Shown: positions 37,901-47,435, counted from the stretch's first letter. The stretch is 64,000 nucleotides of DNA from Desulfovibrio sp. UBA6121 (GCA_002422505.1 DIVX01000141.1:1191-65190); one strand, 5' to 3'. A program made the numbers and translations. Notes: a model not told the origin generated them from the sequence alone.

Positions 37901-40900
37901 CAGCTCGCGCCACCAGCCGTCCTCCAGGCCATAGGCCAAATCGCGCAGGCGGCTGGGGGTGGGCTCAAGCATCAGCAGCAAGCCGCCAGGAGCCAGGCTG
38001 GCCTTGGCCTTGGCCAGCGCTCCGGCCAGGTCGGGCGTGGTCGAAAGTCCCGCCGTCACATACACGTCGAACTCGGCGTCGCTCTCTCCGTCCGGCCGGG
38101 CGGCAAGATCCAGATTGGCGAATTGGGTCCCGGCTTTGGGGCCCAGAAGGCCGCCCAGGGTGGGGTCGCCGCCGGTGGGCAGGGCTATGCGCACCATGGG
38201 CTGATGCGCGGCGATGCCGTTCAGCAGGGGGCGCAGGAACTCCGGCTCCAGGCCGGAAAAGAGCACGCGGGGATGCTCGCCGGGTCGGCTTTGGCCGAGC
38301 ACGGCGCTTAGGGCCTGGACCAGGCTGTTTATGGCCGCGCCATCTGCTGTGGGCAGGCTTCGACGCAAGCTGGGGGCGAGTTTCTCCGATTCCTGTCCGC
38401 GCAGGGCTTGCGCCAGGTGTTTTCCGGCGCGCCCAGCGGCCAACAGCTCCGGCAGACAGCCCGGCCGCATGCCCAGGGCCGCGCGCCAGGCTTCGTCTGC
38501 GATGGCCTGCCCGTCGTGGGCCAGGGTATAGCTCTCGCCGCTTTGCGTAACCGAACCGTCGCGCAGCAGCAGCTCCAGCATCCAGTCGAGCAGGGGCGTG
38601 CGCTCCGGCAGAGCGCCAGAGGCCAGTAGCGAGGCTTTGGTGAAGCTGGGCAGCCCGGAGTTGAGCTCCGCCAGCGCCTCGCGGGCAAAGGCCGAGGTCA
38701 CGAAATCCAGCAGGCCCGTGAATTCGTCTTGGGCCGGTGCGGGAGCGGCCAGACCCGGCAGGGCGAGGGCTCCCAAGCCTGGCAGGGCGGTGGCTTCGCC
38801 AGGAACGCGGCGCGGGGCGGCCATGGTGCGGCAGGCGAATACCTGCGGCTTTTCGCGGCGCTTGCCCACCTCGGCCCGGCGCAGGCGGCAGCCGGTTATT
38901 TCGGCCACAGGCTGGCCCTCGGCATCAAAAAAGAACAGGTCCGCCAGCACCGAGCGCGAAGATGCGCGCGCCAGCCGCAGGCGGCAGGAGCGTGCCGGGC
39001 CGCGTCCTTCGAGCAGGCGCAGGCGCTCCACGCGCACGGGCAGGAACAGGGCGGAGACGGAAGTGGTTCCACTCGTCCCCAGCAGGCTGAACAGGGCCTG
39101 CAGGCCGCCATCAAGCAGCACCGGGTGCGGGGGCGAGGCGGGCATTTCACCGAGCCCCTGCGTCAGCTCCAGGGCGGCCAGGGCTTCGGTTTCGCTGGCG
39201 CGGCGCACGCCGCGTACGCTTTGAAAGGCCGGGCCGTAGTTGAGGCCCAGGGAGGCCGCAAGCCCGTAAAGCGCTTCGGCGCTCGCCAGGGGATTGGTCT
39301 CGCCCAAGGGTGGCCAGGGGGCTATGCGCGCAGCCGTGGCGGGTTGCAGGCGGCCAACGGCGTGCTCCAGCCAGTCGGTCTCCTCCAGGCGCGGGCGGCT
39401 CAAAATACGGAAGCGGCCCGTCTCCGGGCTGAGGATGAAGCGCGTGGTCTGGGCGTGGCCGGGCTCCAGCACCAGCGGGCGATGGATCTCAAAGCCGCTC
39501 AGGTCCAGGGCCTGCCCCGGCCACTGTGCTTGGCCCGCAGCAAGACTCATGCTCAGAAAACCCGCCGCCGGGAAGACCACGGTCTCGCCCACGCGGTGGT
39601 CGGCCAGCCAGGGGTGCAGCGCCAGGTCCAGGGCGTTGGTCCATTCCACGGCTTCCGCCCCGGTGCGCGCGCCCAGAAGCGGGTGGTCCACCTTCGGGTA
39701 AAGCAGCGCAAGGGCCTCGACGCTCAAGGTCTGCCAATAGCTTTTCCCCTGGTGCGGGGTCAGCGGCAGATCGATGCGCGGCGCAGGCCGGGCGAACACG
39801 CGCGCGGTATCAAGCCGGGCCCCGTTGGCCCAGGCCTGGGCAGCGGTGCTGCGCAGACGCGCCAAGCCCGGTTCATTGCGGGTCATGGTCGCTATGCTGG
39901 TGCCGATTTTTCCGCAGTGCTGCTGGGTTTGCCGCACGTAGGACTGCATGATGGGGTTGGGCGAAATTTCGAGGAACAGGGAGACGTCGTGGCGCAGCAG
40001 GCTTTCCAACGCGGGGGAGAACTGCACAGTGTGCCGCACGTTGCGCCACCAGTAGCGCGCCGTAAGCTTGCGGCCGTCCATGTCCTTGCCGGTGACGGTG
40101 GACAGGAAGCGCACGCTGCCCTTGCTTGGCGCCAGTCCTTCCAGGGAGGCCAGCAACTGCTTCTGAATGCCGTTCATGTTCTTGCTGTGGAAGGCGTAGT
40201 CCAGGTCCAGCAGCTTGAAAGGAGAGTAAAGCTCCTTGACCGCGCGTTTGCCCAGGGCCTTCAATTGATCGACCGGTCCGGCCAGGGTGAGGGAACCGGG
40301 GCTGTTGATGCCCGCCACTTCGAGGGTGAGGCCCATCTCCGCGATGAGCGTTGTGGCCTGTTCCAGAGAGATGTTCACGGCGGCCATGCGGCCAGCGCCG
40401 CGGGTTTTCGCCTGGGCGGCGCTGCGGGCGTGGAGCACGCGCACGGCCTGCTGCAGGCTCAGAGCGCCGCAGGCGTACGCAGCGGACACTTCGCCCACGC
40501 TGTGGCCCAGAACGACATCGGGCATGATGCCTTGGTCGCGCAGCACGGCCACGATGCCCACCTGCACGGCGAAAAGCAGAGGCTGGGCGATTTCTGTTGC
40601 GGCCAGGTCCCAGTCGGCGTCCGGCGAGGCGAGCCGCTCAAGGATGGACCAGCCGGACGGGGGCAGGAAATGGGCATCCACCTCGGCCACAGCCTTGAAA
40701 AATACCGGGCTCTCCGCCAGCAGTTGCCGCCCCATGCCGGGCCATTGCGCGCCGTTGCCGCTGAAGATGAAGGCCAGGGTTTCGCCGCCGCGCACGCGGG
40801 AACGGACCACTGTGGCCGGGCTTTCGCCCTGATTGACGGCGTGCAGGGCCTCGCGCCAGTCGCTGACCTCTTCGCCCAGCACAGCCATGCGCCAGCCCAG

Positions 40901-42379
40901 GGCCTGGCGGTTGAGCGCTGCAGCGCGGGCCAGGGCGTAGGCGTCGGCGGGGCATTTTTCCAGCAGGGCGGCCCAGCGCACGGCAAGTTCCTTGAGGTCG
41001 GCCTCGCTCCCGGCGGAGAGCATGAGCGGCGGCAGGTGTTCTGGAACATCTGGAGTGGCTCGGAGCGGCTGGCGCGTCTGGCGCGGCGGGCGGTGCTCCA
41101 TGAGGGTGACGTGGGCATTGGTACCGCCGAAGCCGAAGGCGTTCACCCCGACGCGCGCGGCCTGGCGCGACTCCGGGATGGGCGTTAGCTGCGTCACCAC
41201 CTTGAGGTTCAAGTCCTCGAAGGGGATGTTCGGGTTCGGGGTGCTAAAATGCAGGGAGGGCGGCACCAGCTTGCGCTCCAGAACCAGCAGGGCCTTGAGC
41301 AGCCCGGCCATGCCAGCACCGGATTCCAGGTGTCCGACATTGGTTTTGGCGGAACCGATGAGCAGCGGCTGTTTTTTACGTTTGCCCAGGACATTGCCCA
41401 GGGCGAAGGCCTCCTGCTTGTCGCCTGCGATGGTGCCGGTTCCGTGCGCCTCCAGGTAGGCAAGGCTGTCGATGCGTCGAGGATCGTTCCTGTAAATGCT
41501 GCCAAGCAGGGCTTCCTGCGCCTCGCGGTTGGGAAAGGCGATGCCTGCGGTTTGGCCGTCGGAATTGACGCCCGTGGACTCTATGACGGCGCGGATGCGG
41601 TCCTTGTCGCGCAGGGCGTCCTCAAGCCGCTTGAGCACCAGTATGCCGCCGCCCTCGGCCCTGACATAACCATCGGCCGAGGCGTCGAAAGCCTTGCAGC
41701 GCCCGGTGGGCGAAAGCATGTTGGCCTTGGAGAAGCCGATGAACGGGAACGGGGAAAGCAGCAGGTTCACCCCGCCAACCAACGCCATGGAGCAGGTTCC
41801 GTTCAACAGGCTGAGGCAGGCGGCGTTCACGGCCACAAGGGAGGATGAGCAGGCCGTGTCGATGGAGAAGCTTGGGCCGCGCAGATCAAAAACATAGGAG
41901 ATGCGGTTGGCTACCAGGCTCTGCACATTGCCGGTCATGAAATAGGCATTGATGCTGCTGGGGTCGCTGATGATGCGATTGGCGTAATCCGTGCCGGAAA
42001 CGCCAACGAACACGCCGGCATCTGAGCCCCGGAGGCGCGCCGGAGCAATGTTGGCGTTTTCCAGCGCCTCCCACGCGAGGTTGAGCGTGAGGCGTTGCTG
42101 CGGGTCCATCTGCGTGGCTTCGCGCGGGGAGATGCCGAAGAAGCCGGGGTCGAAATGTGCGACGTTATCTATGACGCCAGCGCAAAAGGTGTAGCTGCGT
42201 CCGCGCGTCTTCTTGTCGGGATGGAGGAAAGCCTTGGTATCCCAGCGCTCCGGGCCGATTTGAGTGACGACGTCGCGTCCATTGGCAAGGATATCCCAGT
42301 ACGCGTCGGCCGTATCTATTCCGCCGGGAAGACGCAGTGAAGCTCCAATTATCGCAATTTGCACGCTTGCTGGCTCCAA
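34922..42379 (-). CDS. Reducing type I PKS, KS-AT-DH-(pseudo-MT)-ER-KR-ACP, no thioesterase (RkpA/WcbR-like)
   Basis: KS DTACSSS/EAHGTGT/GHLE; AT GHSVG/YAFHS; DH HRVGETVVFP and DGGLQ; ER HGAAGGVG; KR TGGVSGFG, LDD and GQGNY..AN; ACP GMDSL. Start is TTG 42379 or GTG 42364. Confidence 0.95.
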   Translation of the reverse strand: MEPASVQIAIIGASLRLPGGIDTADAYWDILANGRDVVTQIGPERWDTKAFLHPDKKTRGRSYTFCAGVIDNVAHFDPGFFGISPREATQMDPQQRLTLNLAWEALENANIAPARLRGSDAGVFVGVSGTDYANRIISDPSSINAYFMTGNVQSLVANRISYVFDLRGPSFSIDTACSSSLVAVNAACLSLLNGTCSMALVGGVNLLLSPFPFIGFSKANMLSPTGRCKAFDASADGYVRAEGGGILVLKRLEDALRDKDRIRAVIESTGVNSDGQTAGIAFPNREAQEALLGSIYRNDPRRIDSLAYLEAHGTGTIAGDKQEAFALGNVLGKRKKQPLLIGSAKTNVGHLESGAGMAGLLKALLVLERKLVPPSLHFSTPNPNIPFEDLNLKVVTQLTPIPESRQAARVGVNAFGFGGTNAHVTLMEHRPPRQTRQPLRATPDVPEHLPPLMLSAGSEADLKELAVRWAALLEKCPADAYALARAAALNRQALGWRMAVLGEEVSDWREALHAVNQGESPATVVRSRVRGGETLAFIFSGNGAQWPGMGRQLLAESPVFFKAVAEVDAHFLPPSGWSILERLASPDADWDLAATEIAQPLLFAVQVGIVAVLRDQGIMPDVVLGHSVGEVSAAYACGALSLQQAVRVLHARSAAQAKTRGAGRMAAVNISLEQATTLIAEMGLTLEVAGINSPGSLTLAGPVDQLKALGKRAVKELYSPFKLLDLDYAFHSKNMNGIQKQLLASLEGLAPSKGSVRFLSTVTGKDMDGRKLTARYWWRNVRHTVQFSPALESLLRHDVSLFLEISPNPIMQSYVRQTQQHCGKIGTSIATMTRNEPGLARLRSTAAQAWANGARLDTARVFARPAPRIDLPLTPHQGKSYWQTLSVEALALLYPKVDHPLLGARTGAEAVEWTNALDLALHPWLADHRVGETVVFPAAGFLSMSLAAGQAQWPGQALDLSGFEIHRPLVLEPGHAQTTRFILSPETGRFRILSRPRLEETDWLEHAVGRLQPATAARIAPWPPLGETNPLASAEALYGLAASLGLNYGPAFQSVRGVRRASETEALAALELTQGLGEMPASPPHPVLLDGGLQALFSLLGTSGTTSVSALFLPVRVERLRLLEGRGPARSCRLRLARASSRSVLADLFFFDAEGQPVAEITGCRLRRAEVGKRREKPQVFACRTMAAPRRVPGEATALPGLGALALPGLAAPAPAQDEFTGLLDFVTSAFAREALAELNSGLPSFTKASLLASGALPERTPLLDWMLELLLRDGSVTQSGESYTLAHDGQAIADEAWRAALGMRPGCLPELLAAGRAGKHLAQALRGQESEKLAPSLRRSLPTADGAAINSLVQALSAVLGQSRPGEHPRVLFSGLEPEFLRPLLNGIAAHQPMVRIALPTGGDPTLGGLLGPKAGTQFANLDLAARPDGESDAEFDVYVTAGLSTTPDLAGALAKAKASLAPGGLLLMLEPTPSRLRDLAYGLEDGWWRELPGVNTRRSCLHTGAQWRAFLSQADFTAPAVLADPGDPLGFQLLAAHAPQAQQQPDAQVQTRELLLLAAPEAEPLASALVRCLETTGLTARLVTLPAGESGVDAVVEALETQPPATRPQEVMLLAGEALGDARGPSLDGAADFLGTVCAAARVLSAWPEPPRVWLPTLNAFSADATASPSQAMLWGLGRVLMNEHAELGWHLVDLQNAPNAQAAAWLAGELAAPDEENEVFLRAEGRFAPRLTPQPHPAAPLAPEEAARAVTRLEFKAQGSLENLRWCTGLLPQPGPGQVVIQVRATGLNFRDLMWVMGLLQDEALENGFAGPSLGMECAGDVLAVGSGVTGFAPGDRVLAFTPAGFADRVVTDAAACARLPESMDYAAAATLPTTFFTVHYAFQHLARLQPGERVLIHGAAGGVGIAAIQCAALMGAEIYVTAGSERKRDFLRLLGLTNIYDSRSLSFVDDVLDATGGQGVDVVLNTLAGEAVNKGLALLKPFGRFLELGKRDFYNDSLVGVRPLRNNVSYFGIDADQILKERPALGAELFRELMANFEKGALAPLPYTFFPAEAIVDAFRTMQQSRHIGKIVVGPPPAPRPTTARFALSAQATYLVTGGVSGFGLATAQRLVSLGARNLVLASRRGATTDEARAALGRLQASGVRVLEAKADVTDREQLAALLQDIRQTMPPLRGVVHAAMVLDDGLARDLTPERMRKVLAPKILGAWNLHQLTQDLDFFVLFSSATTVVGNPGQGNYVAANFFLESLARLRRAAGQPALALAWGAIDDVGYLSRHKEIKQALTSRLGRTLSSAEALDAMERQLRGELPVAAVFDPDWGSLRRMLPGIGAPRIAHLLQGRGKADEAEALNLRQHLLGLPPHEALAEITTQLAQAVSTITSIPADQLEPQKNLAEFGMDSLMAVELSLSIEDRFGVNIPNLSLSQGGSIAALAQRIALSLSEPENGDQPDAMQDVASRHLAEDELAALKQQTSRSGAAHDKK

Positions 42380-43465
42380 GTTGCTTTTAGTAGATTGGTG
42401 TAATGAACGTGCATAAAATTACATAACTACATGGAAAACGGTTCAATGTATAAGCTTGAAACGCGATCTGATACTTAGGATTTGGCCGTCTAGTTGTCAT
42501 GTTTCCTCTGAGCCGACAAAGGGCACCTTGCCTGCGGTGCTCAGTACTTTTCAAAAATTATACTCATGAAGCCACGGTGTGTTCGTTGACTTTTGCCGGG
42601 GTGAATTTAACATCGATTGCGGCAATTAGCTACTCTCACAAAACAGCCTGGGGGAAGCGTTTTTATCTGCGGTGGTGCCCATTATGAGTGGCCTAATTCG
42701 AACGTTCGAACTAGGTGTGAATCCAGGCTTTCCAAACGGCTGCGTAATTCTATAGCAAAAGGCTTTGCTTGTCATGTTGACCTTCCTTCCTAAACCTGAG
42801 TCGGGTTTTGGGTAGTGCTTTGGCCATCGCTGGAAAAGTATGGGCAGGAAAGCTAAACACCGGGACAGGTAATCGCCAAGCTGCGTGGAGCTGAGTTGAG
42901 CTGGGCAATGGCAAAATCGAGGTTGGGACGCACCTTATCCTTGCCGTCTCTTAGCGGACTTTTTGCCGCTTGCGCAACGAGTATGGCGTGATGACGCTCT
43001 GCCGAGCCCAGAAGCTTAAGGCCTTGGAGGGCGAGACTGCACAAAAGGAAGATGGGCAGAGTTTACCTTCCATGCACCGAAAGTCCAAAATTCATACACG
43101 TTAAGTACTTAAGGTACCAGAATGTTTCATATGTCTGGAGAGGACTCTGTTGAATTTCAAAATCTAATTTTTTGAAACAATGATGACCAAGGCTAAGGAG
43201 GATCCACCTCTGAAGCTGATGCGAAGGTCGCTGTTGGGCAAGCTTGCTGAGGGGGTAGATTGAAACCAGCTTCAAGAGGTGGGTTTTAAGCTTTACTTTG
43301 AAGAATAATTGGTTTTAGCTAAAAGGGCTTTTGTCCTTCGTATGGCGCACCGTGTTGTTGGAAATGCCAGTGGAACCTTGTACGTGTCGTCGATGAATCC
43401 AAGTGTGAAGGCTGATCGCATTGGTGGCGACTTTGATTTTAATGCTAAGTGAGGAATATTTTCGT

Positions 43466-45712
43466 ATGTTTAACAAGGGCATAGGGCCAAAACTCGGACT
43501 ATCTGCTAGTTTGTCAGCACGAGAAATACCTCAAGACCATCTCCGCTATAGGCAATCTGTAGATGAAACAAATACCAATTCTTCCCACGTACAGATAGTT
43601 AATAAGATCCCCAATGGGTCGCGGGTTCTTGATGTGGGCTGCGCTTGCGGCGACCTCGGTTTATATCTGCGCGGTCGTAAGAATTGCTCAGTGTGGGGGA
43701 TGGAGTATTGCGCCAAGAGTGTCGAGGTCGCCCGAGCCACCGGAGCATACGAGAACGTGGCTCAGGTTGATCTGAACAGCCTCAAAGATTACGAATCTTA
43801 CCGACAGGTTGGTTTTGACCGCATCGTTTTCGGGGATGTTCTCGAACACCTTAACTCTCCTGAAAGCGTCCTCCAGGATTTTTTGTCGCTTCTCGGAGCG
43901 GGAGGTCGTTTGGTCATCTCGCTACCGAATATTTCCCACGGTAGCATCGTGACCCAGATCATGGCAAACAAGTTTAGCTACATGGAATACGGCATCCTTG
44001 ATCGTACCCACCTGCGCTTCTTCACATACGAATCCATGGGGAAGATGTTTGCCGAATTGGGGCTCAAGGTCGTTACCTCTACCCGAGTGATCTGGGACCT
44101 GCCAGGTCTTCATCCTTATCAGCCCGCAGACTTGGTGCACTCAGGCGTGCTCGCGTGCATCGCCGCAAACCCCCATTCTTATGTCCTACAATACGTGGCG
44201 GAGCTGACGCCCTCGAAACAGCCTGCGGGCGCACTGGAAAAACACAACATGGAGCAGTTGTGCCACTTCACCGAAGAAGAGTTGGGGCGCATTGAGAAAT
44301 TCCGTGCCGTAATCATTTTCCCTTCAGGCAATGGCGCCGCCTCAAACAGCACCGGACTCCCCGACATTCAGAGTGTCAGGTACGCCCTTCCTCGGCTGAA
44401 ACCATGGCTGAAAAGCGTCACGCCGCGTCCCGTGTGGAACTTTCTTAAGCGTGGACGAGACATTATAAGGACGCGCTGGCGATACAGGCAAGATACGGAC
44501 ATGCAGCGGCGGCTGGAGTGTCTGTCCGCCTACCGGGAGCAGGTTCAACAGTTGCCGGACAAAATTTCTGCGAGTTTCATTGAGATCAGCTCGCGTGAAG
44601 TGCGTCCACACCCCTCCTGTCCTAAGGCCATCGCATTTTATTTACCCCAGTTCCATCCCTTTTTGGAGAACGATGAATGGTGGGGGCGCGGATTTACAGA
44701 GTGGACTAACGTGACGAAAGCTGTACCATTGTTTGTTGGGCACTATCAGCCCCAGCTTCCAATCGACCTTGGGTTTTATGACCTCCGGCTTACAGAGGTG
44801 ATGCACCGGCAGGTGGAATTAGCCAAACAGTATGGTGTGCACGGTTTTTGTTTTCACTACTATTGGTTTTCTGGGAAACGCTTGATGGAAAAACCGTTGT
44901 TCAATTATCTGGCCGATGCTAAACTAGATTTTCCATTCTGTCTCTGCTGGGCAAACGAGCCCTGGTCACGCCGATGGGATGGGTCTGAAGACGAGCTACT
45001 TATTGGGCAGAATCTCCAGCCGGATGATGACCGTAGATTTATTGAAGATTTAATGCCCTTCCTAAAGGATCCTCGCTACATAACCATTGAGGGTAAGCCT
45101 GTCCTCATAATTTACCGTCCCCACTTGTGGCAAAAGAATCGAGTCCAGGTGTTGACAGCCAATTTCCGTTCAATAGCCAAGGAGAACGGTCTGCATGGTT
45201 TGTACCTAATAACAGCTCTGTCACACGAATTTCGTGATAGCCCTAATGACTGGGGATTTGATGCAGGGGTTGAGTTCCCCCCGCATATGTGTGGTATGGT
45301 TCCTCAGGTTCCAGGGCTTCGGTTTGCCAATGGCAACTTTAGTGGCACTGTGCATGACATGCGAGCCCTTGTGGATGCTGAAGAGTATATGGTCCCTTCG
45401 GCCACAACAACGTTTAAAACAGTATTTTCGGCTTGGGACAACACGGCGCGCAAGAACTGCAGCGCGTTTATTTTCCACCATTGCGAACCAGTTGTTTACA
45501 AAAAATGGCTAAGTAATATTTTGCAATACACATATCGAAACAACTCGGCACACGAACAGTATGTCTTTATTAATGCATGGAACGAATGGGCCGAAGGTGC
45601 GCACCTTGAGCCAGATCGCAAATATGGCTACGCGTTTTTGCAAGCCACAGCAGAATCCTTCGAGGAATTTCTTCCAGATCCTTGTCGGAAGGGAACGGGA
45701 GATGGCGAATAA
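43466..45712 (+). CDS. Fusion of a class I methyltransferase and a WbsX/GH99-like domain
   Basis: N-terminal VLDVGCACG, FGDVLEHL and GILDRTHLRFFT. C-terminal IAFYLPQFH, WWGRGFTEW, WANEPW, WDNTAR and NAWNEWAEG.HLEPD. Confidence 0.92.
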   Translation: MFNKGIGPKLGLSASLSAREIPQDHLRYRQSVDETNTNSSHVQIVNKIPNGSRVLDVGCACGDLGLYLRGRKNCSVWGMEYCAKSVEVARATGAYENVAQVDLNSLKDYESYRQVGFDRIVFGDVLEHLNSPESVLQDFLSLLGAGGRLVISLPNISHGSIVTQIMANKFSYMEYGILDRTHLRFFTYESMGKMFAELGLKVVTSTRVIWDLPGLHPYQPADLVHSGVLACIAANPHSYVLQYVAELTPSKQPAGALEKHNMEQLCHFTEEELGRIEKFRAVIIFPSGNGAASNSTGLPDIQSVRYALPRLKPWLKSVTPRPVWNFLKRGRDIIRTRWRYRQDTDMQRRLECLSAYREQVQQLPDKISASFIEISSREVRPHPSCPKAIAFYLPQFHPFLENDEWWGRGFTEWTNVTKAVPLFVGHYQPQLPIDLGFYDLRLTEVMHRQVELAKQYGVHGFCFHYYWFSGKRLMEKPLFNYLADAKLDFPFCLCWANEPWSRRWDGSEDELLIGQNLQPDDDRRFIEDLMPFLKDPRYITIEGKPVLIIYRPHLWQKNRVQVLTANFRSIAKENGLHGLYLITALSHEFRDSPNDWGFDAGVEFPPHMCGMVPQVPGLRFANGNFSGTVHDMRALVDAEEYMVPSATTTFKTVFSAWDNTARKNCSAFIFHHCEPVVYKKWLSNILQYTYRNNSAHEQYVFINAWNEWAEGAHLEPDRKYGYAFLQATAESFEEFLPDPCRKGTGDGE

Positions 45713-45848
45713 TGCCTTCTAGTTAGAAACGTTTTGATGCCTTTGGCATGTGAAGTTTGCGAAAATTGGAATTGTTTGTTCTTCACTGGTTTATTGTGGC
45801 TGGTGCCCTGTCTCTGAAAAAAACTAAAGCATAAGAGAAATTTTTTCT

Positions 45849-46625
45849 ATGGTCCTGCCCAAAAAACAGCACATCGAAGTAGTCTTTTACCGGGCTAGGG
45901 TACTACTCTCTTCTGAAGGAAGCAGGAACTACCTAAGCTTTCTGTGGTGGATAATTGATCCGTTGATGGAGTTGTGTATATTCTACGCAGTATTTGGCCT
46001 TGTCATGCGCCGCGGTGGCCCGGAGTTTATTGCAGAACTCCTTACGGGCATTTTCATTATCAGATTGTTCATTTCCGCAACCAATTCTGCCCCTTCCCTG
46101 CTAATACACAGCGAAAGAGTTTTACTTTCTGTGGCTATACCAAAGTATATTTTTTCTGCAGCACACACGGTGACCTGCAGCTTTAAATTCGTTTTTCTGC
46201 TACTAACGCTTTGCATTTTTTTACTTCTTTTAGGGGTAAAACCACATTTGAGTTTTCTGATGATTGCGCCTATCACTTTAATATATATAGCTTTTACATT
46301 GGGGATTGCGATGCTTCTTTCTGGCATCACTCCGTTTATTCCCGATTTTGCCATGCTGTACCCAAAGCTTTCCATGTTGCTCTATTGGGGATCAGGGGTT
46401 TTTTTTAAACCTGAAGACTACATCTCCCCAGATTACATCCCATGGTTCAATGCGAACCCTATCGCTGGATTTATTACAGCCTACAGGAACTGCCTGTTGC
46501 ATGGTGTCACGGATTTTAAGCTCTTGGGCTACCTAATCTTTGTTTCGCTGCTTTCTCTTATTGTTGGATACGGATTTCTTGCCAATTTCGACAAAAAATT
46601 CCCAAGGATCGTGGCACAAAGGTGA
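45849..46625 (+). CDS. wzm: ABC polysaccharide exporter permease
   Basis: YLSFLWWIIDPL, YW.SGVFF and NPIAGFI..YR, with about 6 TM segments. Confidence 0.9.
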   Translation: MVLPKKQHIEVVFYRARVLLSSEGSRNYLSFLWWIIDPLMELCIFYAVFGLVMRRGGPEFIAELLTGIFIIRLFISATNSAPSLLIHSERVLLSVAIPKYIFSAAHTVTCSFKFVFLLLTLCIFLLLLGVKPHLSFLMIAPITLIYIAFTLGIAMLLSGITPFIPDFAMLYPKLSMLLYWGSGVFFKPEDYISPDYIPWFNANPIAGFITAYRNCLLHGVTDFKLLGYLIFVSLLSLIVGYGFLANFDKKFPRIVAQR

Positions 46626-47332
46626 CAACGAAGTTACCCGCACTAACGTTGACTGATCTCCACATACGGTTTTCACGCAGAAGCTTAACAGGCCCTACGC
46701 AAACACGTAATGTGATAAATGGGATAACTTTTACGGTGAATTGTGGGGAATCTGTTGCCATTATCGGATTAAACGGAGCCGGGAAGAGCACTTTATTGCA
46801 AGTAATGTCAGGTATTCTGGAACCGGACGGTGGTTATTTTGTCAATCACGGGGTAAGCACTTCATTGCTGACGTTGGCCGGGGGCGTTTTCCCGGATTGC
46901 TCAGGCCGGGCCAACACGGTGATGCTGCTCATGCTGCAACAGGGCTTGTCGCGGGCCGAGGCCGAAGGCTTGGTGCACCGCATTGCCGTCTACGCGGAGT
47001 TGGAAAATTCAATCGACGCACCTATGAAGACCTATTCCAGCGGCATGCTTTCGCGTCTAAAGTTTGCCATAGCGACGCAAGCCAATCCCGACGTCTTGCT
47101 CGTCGACGAAATTTTCGCCGTGGGGGATTTCCCCTTCCGGCAGAAATCAATTGCCACTATGCGGGAAAAGCTCTCATCCGGGGACACTGTGGTCTTCGTC
47201 ACACATTCCTTGAATGAGGTAAGCGGTTTCTGCGACCGCGCTATATGGTTAGAGTCTGGGCTGGTTGTGGCTGACGGCGACGCGAAATCCATCGTGCAGG
47301 AGTATACAAAGGCTTGCCACCCACACGGGTAG
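46622..47332 (+). CDS. wzt: ABC polysaccharide exporter ATPase with no C-terminal binding domain
   Basis: GLNGAGKST, YSSGM..RL.FA, DE..AVGD..F..K and VTHS. Confidence 0.92.
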   Translation: MTTKLPALTLTDLHIRFSRRSLTGPTQTRNVINGITFTVNCGESVAIIGLNGAGKSTLLQVMSGILEPDGGYFVNHGVSTSLLTLAGGVFPDCSGRANTVMLLMLQQGLSRAEAEGLVHRIAVYAELENSIDAPMKTYSSGMLSRLKFAIATQANPDVLLVDEIFAVGDFPFRQKSIATMREKLSSGDTVVFVTHSLNEVSGFCDRAIWLESGLVVADGDAKSIVQEYTKACHPHG

Positions 47333-47435
47333 AACCTAGGTCATGTCCGTTAGCCCGTGTAGTCCCTCGTTAGTCGCTGGAAGGAAAGACCTTGCTGGGC
47401 TGTGTGCTTGGTAGAATTATGGGAAGGATTCGTCT

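Noticed and set aside
3170-41188. Many long antisense or alternative-frame ORFs (e.g. 3170-4825, 5512-7041, 15429-17237, 36641-38311, 38729-41188)
   Set aside because: They overlap well-supported genes and show no motifs. Such ORFs are expected from stop-codon scarcity at high GC.
42420-43420. Short ORFs or ncRNA in the 1-kb divergent intergenic region
   Set aside because: No recognisable motif or structure by eye. blastx and Infernal searches would be needed.
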